DNA of 64,000 nt from Phallusia mammillata (lineage: Eukaryota): positions 24,614,001 through 24,678,000 of the forward strand of contig OZ281496.1 in the NCBI GenBank assembly GCA_965637545.1, given 5' to 3'. The notes beneath the pieces were generated by a model. The model was not told the DNA's origin, did not search any database, and worked only from the letters and a program-made list of their open reading frames with translations. Shown one piece after another: positions 55,001 through 64,000 of the stretch. The first letter of the stretch is position 1. The number at the start of each line of letters is the position of its first letter. Both the position numbers and the translations under genes were made by a program.

Positions 55001-56166
55001 CCAAACAGAAAGTAATAGCTTAAAATGTACAAAAAATGCGTTACCTAGTTAATCTTCCTATTAAAAAAGATATACGTTTAGTAAAGTAAAAAAATTAGGT
55101 AAAAATTCACGTTTAATTGAACAACAATGCAGATACTACTTCGATTTTTCCCCGCATCCTGAACACATGAGCTTTCACATCGGCCACGATTTTTCCAACT
55201 TAATGGCAATGGCGGCCGGAACATTCATCATCGGTTGTCTTATCTACAGTTTTCGCATTCCGGAAATATTTTCACCCGGTAAGCAACTGATTTAGCGCCC
55301 ATTTAGCTGTAATGTGGCAACCCACAACACCATGCTACACAAAATCGTATTATGCCAAGTCTATTGAAAGCGTCATCGCTGTCCCAGGCCCGAATCAAGC
55401 CCGTTTTTTTTAGACTCGAGCCCGAACCCGACCCGAATAGCCCTGCCTGGCACTCTGGCATGATTCCAGTATTGAATACATGTTTGAAAACCTGTAAGCA
55501 AAACCGGGCTTAAATACTACAAATACACAAGTTACAATTAAAAGTCTTGGACTTTGTACAGGCACGTTCGACGTGATAGGGAGATCCCACCAGTGGATGC
55601 ACGTTTTTACAGCAGCCTCGATGTATGCACAAAGCGCCATGTTTCGATACAACATTGATGAAATACGAGACAAGCTTGATTCTGGGTAAGTTTTGTTTGT
55701 TTGATAACTGCTCGCAAAAACTCTTTCATAAGCGTTTTGACTTTTAACCTTAGAGCTATATGACATCGTAATTTAATAGGGCAATGAGATTAGATTTACA
55801 AAGAAAGTTAGATTTACAAAGAAAACATGGTCCTAGTAAAACTTATAGAGTTGTAGTAACTAAGTTGCAGTTTCACACCAAGAACTTCAGTATTCATTTA
55901 TATGTCGTTTAATAACTATGTAAAATCACTAAATTTTAGCGACTGCAATAAATTGGTTTGCCTATCCATTTTAAGTAAAAATCGAATAGTTCGTTGTACA
56001 TTGTGACAATCAACTTTTAAACAGAATCATTTTGGAAGAAGATGTTAGTGTAACGTTTGGGGAAACAATAGGAGCTGTGATCGCTTCAGCGATTCTCACC
56101 AACTCGGCAATTCTGCTTCACTGGGCTATAGTGCGCCGAGGCGACCCCAAGCGGAAAAGAGTTTGA
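52046..56166 (+). CDS. PAQR-family 7TM protein, copy B, about 372 aa
   Basis: Exons 52046-52140, 53572-53703, 53790-53935, 54249-54419, 54660-54822, 55133-55278, 55562-55685, 56025-56166 (1119 nt, in frame). NEALNFWTH, SSTAH, LDR, FDVIGRSHQWMH, GETIG; same intron phases as copy A. First exon least certain. Confidence 0.87.
52348..52709. mobile_element. hAT-type MITE (362 bp) in intron 1 of PAQR copy B
   Basis: TIRs CAGTGGTTCTCAACC / GGTTGAGAACCACTG; perfect TSD ACCTAAAC; subterminal CCGGTCCGC motifs shared with the 3135 family. Confidence 0.9.
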
Positions 56167-56658
56167 CCTAAAACCTGCGAGTTCATTTACTGTTCAATAG
56201 TGAAATTGCTGTTAACGCTTTACTGGCTTGCAAAAGAGTGGTACTTTAATTTTTGCGTATGACTAACAGTGTTATAGTGTATAGAAAAGTGTTAGAAAAT
56301 GCGCATAGTGTGTTTTTTACCTTATTTCTTCAAAACTGCTTTCATATTTATCGCTTATGTCATGTTTTGCGATGTCTTAATAAATCTCCAGAAAGATGTT
56401 TTTTTTTCACTCTTTAGTTAAACTGATTGATAGACTGCTAACATTTCAACATTGAAACATGAACTAAAAATATTGTGGTCACACTAACTATTCCAACAAA
56501 CCTCATAATTTATTCACTTTTTTTTAAGAATATAAATTCAAACAAACAGAAAAAATAAGACGCTATGTTGCAGTTAACAAAAATGCAATTCTAATGCTTA
56601 ACGATGATAAAAAAATTGTGACATTGCAGGTGCTCGTTTTTGTAATGTTTTTCGTTGT

Positions 56659-59600
56659 TTACTTCCCATTAAGACCCATGATTCGACAGCAGCTCTGCAA
56701 ATAGATACAAAATTAACTTAGGTCAAATCCGACACTTATCAAATGCCTTGTCTATGCTACTCCACAAAACTAGGTAAATCTTCACATGGATTTCTCGATG
56801 AAATGGAAACTTTTACTTATGTTTCAAATCTAATTCCATATTAGAATTCCATATTTGAACAAGAAAAAGCTGTTTTTAAGCTACAGCCGTAAAAAACTAT
56901 TGGGATAAAAGAAAAATTAAAGCATGCACAGAAAAAATATTTGAAGTTTTTTTTTATTTGACTAAATGAATAAATATATTTTTGGACATATTGAACAAAA
57001 TATTGCGTCAAAACAATCAATTTTACCTGGTCCCGGAATTCTTGTACACCATCCATTGAGATTCCACAATTCCCCAAATGCAACCATTGGATTTTGCTGG
57101 CGCATTGTGCAAGATATTGAGCACCAAGATCACCGATCAAATTCCAGTCCAAAAAGAGTCGAAACATCTAAAAAATTCGAACGCTTTTAGTAAACAAGTT
57201 GTGTTCACTTAACTAAAAATAAAATTGATAATGTTGTATCATAAAACGCTGTCATCATCAGTGAGACAGTGCACAAGCAAGGCAGCACGTTTATATCCTC
57301 GAAAGAAACGAGGAAAAATGCTAATAAGTTACGACAAAACCGACTAAGGGGATACAGACAGTATACGAAACAAACGCAATTAAAACAAGTGTGAAAAAGC
57401 CAAAGAGACATAGAAGTTTTGTTGATGTTCTGTTTCGGTTCATGTTATGAAACAGTTGATTTGATTGTGGCTAGTTTTGGTCAATGAAAACCTAGCTACG
57501 CAATTGGACAATAACTAAGTCGGACATAGCTGCTTAACGTTATAAAGGCATTAAATGGTGGATCAAGGGACACCTTATATACCGTTATGATAAAGTGTTT
57601 GGCGTTACCTACCGGCTGCTTTAAAGTACTGATGACATCGGTAAACAACTTAATGTCGTCTGAAGTTAAATTGCAGTCTTCAAGACCAAGGATTTTGAGT
57701 TCAGGGATGCACGATGCAATGTGTTCGACTCCAAGACGCTTGATTGGGTTTCCACCAAGGTCCAGCTGCTTAATCTTAAATAATTATCAAAAAATATAAA
57801 TTTCAGAGTTCAAGCCAAGCCAATTTTTAAATACAGTTGCAACTTGCAAACAGTTAGGTACACTAAGATTGTTATCAAAGAGTGTATCAGATAAGATAAC
57901 TGTTGTACAAAAAATAACGAGTACAAAAACAGATTTATGGCGTTGTTTGACCAGGAATGAATGCACAACTATACAAATAGATAAACTTACGGGATGCTTG
58001 GTGTACCGAATTTTTGAGCAGAATGACTTCAGTCCATTTCCCGTGATCTTGTTTTTTGTCAACCACCATACGTCGACATTTTCAATACATTGTGACAGGT
58101 TGTCAAGGGATGCGATGGGATTTTTGCTCAAATTTAGTATGTCAATCTGCAAAAGTTTAAACAAGTTACACGTGCCACTGTTTGTCGTAAAACAGTCACT
58201 GCATAATCACAATGTTTTGCTTATCAACAAAACTGGAGAAAATACTAGCTGCATAAATCGTATAATTCAACCTTATACAGTAAATCAACAAAACCAGCAC
58301 TATTGATAGTAGAAGTCACGACAATTTACTTAGGGAGCTTATGGACATCCAAGCAAATAAATTTGTTGAACGAAACATTGGCATATGACAAGAAACGTGT
58401 AAACGAATAAAAGCAGAAAAATGTTCGATATGGGTACAAATCTGTTACCGGATTAGTTCTTTTTGACAATCCTTCCGCCAAAATGCAAGTGGTTCTGTCA
58501 GTGATATTGCAATCAACGAGCTCCAACAACGTTAGGTTGCTCAGTTGTGGAATTACAAGTTTCATTTCTGAAATTCCTATCGTCGCTTCGCGAACATGCA
58601 TGGTTTCAATCTGCATAAATCGAAGTCAAAATAAATATACTTCATATATGAGTTAATATAGAAAACAGGATACTGCACATTGAAGGAAGAAATTAAAAAA
58701 CAAAAAGCTAAAATAAAAAAGATCATACACCATCCTAATGAACTTTGGCTAAATTGTAAGCTCAACGTTTAAAATTGTGCACACATTTTTTACGTTGGTA
58801 AGGGCCAAGTTTAATCTTAGTTTTGAATATAAACCTGGTAAGAACATACCTCATGTTTTGTGTTAACAGCTCCAAGAAAAGAGCCAATTCCGTCAGGACT
58901 ACTGAAAGACAAAGGGTGAGTAGGGTTGCATTTTATGCGCACGCTCCTTATCATGCAAGTTAGCGTCGACACCAGGGCGGATTCTTCGTTAGGCATTAGT
59001 CTATCACCTAAAGTCAGCACTTCAGGAAAGATCTCGGCCAAACACGTTTGTAACTCCGAATACTGACATTCTTGAACCAGACGACAAAGTCTTAAGACCT
59101 GGTACTGCTTCCCCAGTGGGCTGTTTTTCAAAAACGATTTTAAGCAGTTGACTCTTTCCGAGAAATTCCAGTTGCAATTGCCAATGGAAATATCATATAT
59201 TTTTCGTAATACCACGGGATTGCACATGCCGAAAAGAAACTTCAAAGGAGTTTCCCAGTGATCAACTGTTTTAGCTGTTTGCGTTAAATGCTTCGTAAGC
59301 TCATCAGGTGAACAAAATCGGATCAAGTGAAAAGCAACGAAGAAATCTTGCCAAATTTGCTCAAAGCGGTATTTCTTGGTCTTCACCTCAAGATGAATTG
59401 TTTCCTGAGCTTCATATTCGCTACAAAAGGGTTTCAAAACTTCAAGGACAGCCTCTGCAACGTCGATATGGGCAAAGTTTCTTGTATTTTTTCGTTTGCA
59501 GTTGAACGCCAGTTTTGCAATTGACTGAAGATGCAATAGAGATGGTGGAAATTGGTTTGTCAGTATAAAGTCTTGAAGCTGAGAGATTAAGATGTCTGTA

Positions 59601-60547
59601 ATGGAAATAGCCTGTTGGGACGAACACTTACTGATGTGGTTTACCACAGTGATAAGATATACCGGAACATGACAAATGTCGTTAAGCTTTCTTTGTTCCG
59701 ACAGATATTTCTCAACGTTTTGGTAACTGACGCTATCGGGGCACAGCTTTCTACACAAAGCATCTTTTCCATCTTTTGCAAGAACCAACACTTTCAAGAC
59801 GAAATGTGGCTTGTAGGCTTCATGCAGTTGGCGAAACGCGCCTGTTCTAAGGGTGACAAGTTTTCTGGCATTCATAAGCAAATGACCAGAGAGTAGGCCT
59901 CTGAGTATATCTGCGGGATAGCTAAGATCGTAAAGAAAAGTTGGAGGTAAAAATTCAGAGAAATTTTCCTCGGAAGCTTTGTCGAGACCTTCTATGAAAA
60001 TAGTAACATTGGCCGACTGGTTTAATTCGCCGAGCAGAATTTCAACAGACTCCTTGCTATGCGTACACGACGGAACCAAAAGTTGCAACACATTACATTT
60101 CTTGGTGTAATCAATAGCCTGGCAGTTGATATAAAACACGTAAGTGTTGTCAGCCATAGACGAAGTTGATAGCAATGACTCCAACATCATCCTAGAGAAG
60201 ACTGTCTTACCTATTCCTGCCCGACCGATGACGCAAACAGTTGTGCCAAAGCGTTGTTCAAATGACGTTCGTCCAACGCTGGTTGAATACAACGCGAAAG
60301 CCTCGCGTTTTGCGTAATCAACTGCTCTTTCAAACAGCTTGTTAGCATCTATACCTTCCGTGGTTTCTGAAAACTGTGGGTCAATTGGACAACTGTTCCG
60401 TCTTTGTGAATCACAGACAGATAGTTGGTTTGTGAATGTCAATGGTACAGGGTCCGGGCCTGTCAGATGTTCCTTTAGTTGACTTAACAACGTTGAAACT
60501 TGTATTGCTCTTTCTGCAACAGAAACATGTGATTGAGTTGAGTTCAT
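56659..60547 (-). CDS. NLR-family protein (NACHT plus LRRs), about 784 aa, no recognisable N-terminal effector domain
   Basis: Exons 60547-58850, 58610-58449, 58146-57991, 57774-57613, 57167-57027, 56694-56659 (2355 nt, in frame). Walker A GRAGIGKT; Walker B-like TIFIEGLDK; sensor-1 LVTLR; ICHVP; LRRs LELVDCNITD, LNLSKNPI, LDLGGNPI, LGLEDCNL, LFLDWNLIGDLGA, LHLGNCGIS. Start codon and last exon less certain. Confidence 0.88.
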
Positions 60548-60630
60548 TTCGCTTGGTGAAAGAAAACATAGTGACACAATAACACTAAAACAATCACCTG
60601 GCCGGAAAATGGCTGCGTTAATGGATAACC

Positions 60631-60873
60631 GGTTAACGCGCTGCAGCTAGACCGCAATATAAAGCGTTATTTGATTTTTATTAAAGACTGTATGTAAAAA
60701 GCGTTTTGCGAACACTTATCACTAGGCTTCAGCTGGTTTTACCATTAATGTTATAATGGTTTAACGCGCTGCAGCTAGATCGTATTATAAAGCGTTATTT
60801 GACAGCATTTATAAAGATAAAGTCAAAAATTATCACTAGGCTTCAGCTGGTTTTAACAATAATGTTATTTAAT
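60631..60873. repeat. Two-copy diverged tandem duplication (period about 127 bp) just upstream of the NACHT exon
   Basis: GGTTAACGCGCTGCAGCTAGA...TAAAGCGTTATTTGA...TTATCACTAGGCTTCAGCTGGTTTTA starts at 60631 and again at 60758. Confidence 0.85.
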
Positions 60874-61795
60874 TTAGGTTGTTATTCAAAATTTTCTTAC
60901 TTAATGTTTCATTATTTGATTCGTCTGGGATCTCTTGCGACGGTGGCATTGAAATAGAGCATTCAATATAAACAGTCTGAGCGATTATTGAAGTCTCGTT
61001 CTGCAAAATACGACCTCACATTAATAATACTGGACCTACCAGTAAAGATTTCTGCGTGTTATGAAACAAATTCGCATAAAATCAGTCATAACGAGAATTT
61101 CTTAAACGCTTAACAGGGAGACATTAGTCCCTGTTTTAGTGTAATTGTTTGTTTTAGGCTAATTTCATTTTGCTACTACGTTTTACGAATCCCGAACTTA
61201 ACCTGTTGGGGAATATGATTGTCTTCTCTTTCTTCGGTATCCTGCGGCAAAGACACTTTTTTGCTCGGATGCCTAGAAACCATCTTGTCTGCTTCAGGAG
61301 GCAGCTTTCAGGACAACGACAACATATACTGCTGAGCATTATTTCAGATCATTAAGTCTACACACTAACACCAACGTATGAAGTCAGCCATTCAGTCGCA
61401 ATCCAATAAGTGATTAATTCTGGTTGGTTGATGACGCCTAGCCGAAGGAGTTCAATCCTACGCGAAGCGCACTTACGTTGTGTCATATGTGGGATATATA
61501 TGGACACAACTGGATTACAAACTACACCTGCATTGTGAAGCAAGATTTACACAGTGATACAACAGAGCATTTTTTTGCCTAGTTTACCTTCGGGCGTTTT
61601 GGAAGATCCCACGTTTCTCTTAACAAGCTAATCCCGCAAAATCCTTGCGTTAACAGTGAGTGACATTGTAAATAAAATTTAGAGTAAAATCGTTAAATCA
61701 CTTTTCTACTTCAAATAACTTAATGTCAGAACCTTTGTTTACCCCGATAAACAAACCCTGTTAACAGCAATAACTGAAAAAAGTCCCGTCTTATT

Positions 61796-62179
61796 CAGTG
61801 CCGGATTAAGGGTCTGCTGGCCAGTAGGCACAGGGTCAGAAAATCAGAGAATTATCAGTGTTGCCAAATCACTGTCACAAAGATCGTTGTTGCAACTATA
61901 GCACAGGGTACCGTGCAAAAACTTGGTCATATGCCTAACTAAACAAGAAATTTGCGCGTTTTTGCGATTGAAAACGCGTTAACTAGTTTTTGGGGGTCAA
62001 TCTTCCGCAGTATATCGCTTTCAATACACATAAGTGCCAGTGTACGAAGATAAATACTTATTAGTTTAGAAAATAGTTATTTTGAACATGACTAAATTTC
62101 TACTGATTTTAAAGTGGCCTGGATTTTTGACTGGCCTGTAGGCACGTGCCTACTTTGCCTAATGGTTAATCCAGCACTG
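61796..62179. mobile_element. hAT-type MITE (384 bp) between DHX34 and the NLR gene
   Basis: TIRs CAGTGCCGGATTAA / TTAATCCAGCACTG; perfect TSD GTCTTATT (61788-61795, 62180-62187). Confidence 0.9.
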
Positions 62180-62420
62180 GTCTTATTGTGTTTTTCCTAA
62201 ATAATACTTTGCTGGTTGTTTAGCATATGTAACTGTATTAATGCCACAAAAAAAGAAAAATGTATTTAGTTATAATAGTGTAATTTAGCATATGTTTTGC
62301 TTAATATAACCAAGTTCTGGTCCTGGACCACCATTGAAAGCTATTAAGCACAGATTTTCGTACAATGCCTTTCTTACGACAATATGGTAATCTTCAAAAA
62401 GGTTTAAATGTATTTACAAT

Positions 62421-63827
62421 TCAGCTTGCATGAAATCGCTTATGTTTTAAAATTTCAACAGCGGACAGCATTAAATCCTGGTCGCATACGTCACAATGCC
62501 AAGATCGCTGCAGCGAAGAGATAGATTGTGAAGTCATATTAGAACTTCCCGCCTCTTCGGACGCCTGTAATATAAAAATCAACGTTACAAAAGCAACGTA
62601 ATTAGATGATTGCTCGCTTCGGTTTAGAGAAAAGTACAAATTGAGTCTGGAACAGGCTTTCAAATCATGTGCACTTTTACTCACGTCCTGCGAATCCATT
62701 TTAGCACCAGGATCACCACAAGCAGCTTGGTGTCGTAATCGCTCGGATATGGTTAAGGGTAGTTTTATTTGGCACGTTGGACAAGTCCAAAACACACGTA
62801 AATAATCGCCACCCATGTCTGGTGTGCCCTCTTGTAGACAATTGTAGGTAAGAAATTGAGAAAGCGAGATTCCACCCTTGATTGGGTTAGGCTTTGCATC
62901 GGTTAACGCCACAGCAAAACTCTTTGCACCTTAATATATAAATAAGGTATGATTGGCAAGACAAAATATTAAAAGTTAATTATGTTATGTGGTTGGTTAG
63001 TTAATTAAAGTATTGTAAAATTAGACCTGGACGTGACTTATGAGATGATTTGTTTTCCAATATGCTACAACAGTGGAACCAAACACACATTAAACCATCA
63101 TTGCAATGCCACAACGCAACTGTGGTCTGTTTAGGAGTTTCTTGAGACTATACTTTACCACGGAGACTATACTTTAATTGTTTAATATGTGTTTTTTACC
63201 AGACTCAAGGCAGTATGTACCAGAAAGTAAGGCAAAAGTTGGACACATTATTTTGGAGCAAACCACAGGGACAGGAGGTGTCGATGGCCTAACCAGCCAA
63301 TTTTAACAGGCCTGAATATGTGACAATTGATTACGAATGTGTACACACATCACACTAATGTTATAATTCCTATCATAGGAACCTTTAACAAGGTCGTCGC
63401 CGTTGCATCCAGGTCCAACGTAAAGTTTTTTCTTCTGCAGCGCAGTAAAGCGACGAAGTCGATACACGATTTTGCTATCCAGAAACTCGGCAAGTTTGTC
63501 GCCTAAGAAGCGTTGAAGCTTCAGGGTTTTGCGACTTCGAGAAGGATCTGTGTACAACGTAATAAGTTTTAATACACGTCACTCATTTACATAAACGTAC
63601 GGTAATTGATGAGAAATTTAACTTTTCTGTTTACCTCCGTCCTTGGTTTTACTTCCAGCCAATCTCAGCCGCAAAAGCTCTTCCCAGGCGCTTCTTAACT
63701 GCAAAGTAGAAGCAACCGTGGACTGCGCAAGCTCCACATCAGGCACGTGTATCTCAATCCACTCGTCAACCACAATGCGTTGGCAACTTGCATCTGTGTC
63801 AAGTGATTGTGCAAATAGCATGAGAGA
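62421..63827 (-). CDS. DHX34: DEAH-box helicase DHX34, 3' end only (gene continues beyond the window)
   Basis: Exons 63827-63635, 63547-about 63350 (donor uncertain), 62929-62685, 62564-62421. SLMLFAQSLDTDASCQRIVVDEWIE, YRLRRFTALQKKKLYVGP, KGGISLSQFLTYNCL, and two C-terminal CxxC...H zinc-knuckle motifs typical of DHX34. Confidence 0.85.
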
Positions 63828-64000
63828 CTGAAGGGCAGGAATCTAAAATGAAACGGAAATTATTTATGATAGCAAAAACATAACAAAGGTTCGTTGGTGT
63901 TCATCAATGGTTCCCAAACGTTTAGGAAAATATATCTTTTGTCATTTTATCAAGTCTGTAGACCCCACTTGGTTGAGACAAACAAAGATCTTAAGTTATT

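Noticed and set aside
55381-55445. One-sided element end (CCCGAACCCGACCCGAATAGCCCTG); related fragments near 11790-11980
   Set aside because: No matching second terminus or TSD found.
1-64000. Functional linkage between the C6-like cluster and the NLR as one immune locus; CRISPR, rRNA or autonomous transposase
   Set aside because: The two are about 38 kb apart with housekeeping genes between and nothing beyond proximity links them; no spacer arrays, rRNA or transposase ORFs were seen.

Overview
Compact, AT-rich, intron-rich animal genomic DNA, most likely an ascidian tunicate (inferred from the C6-like MACPF tandem array, short introns and AG acceptors just upstream of start codons). I assembled all exon models by hand from GT-AG junctions, and every complete model stays in frame. 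Left (1-18.8 kb): three intact tandem complement C6-like genes (TSP1-TSP1-LDLa-MACPF-EGF) plus a relic of a fourth that lacks its MACPF exons. Centre (20.6-40.5 kb, minus): one PP2A B'' regulatory subunit gene (PPP2R3) with a PR70-type N-terminus; its 12.4-kb third intron holds a 649-codon exon and a 24-codon exon that look like PR130-like and PR72-like alternative starts. Right: intronless VPS53, two diverged PAQR/mPR-like paralogs in inverted orientation around CCDC51, a NACHT-LRR (NLR) gene with no visible effector domain and degenerate nucleotide-sensing motifs, and the 3' end of DHX34. Several hAT-type MITE families with 8-bp target-site duplications (TSDs) lie in introns and spacers. I found no supportable rRNA, tRNA or CRISPR features. 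Comparisons with human proteins are from memory and were not computed.
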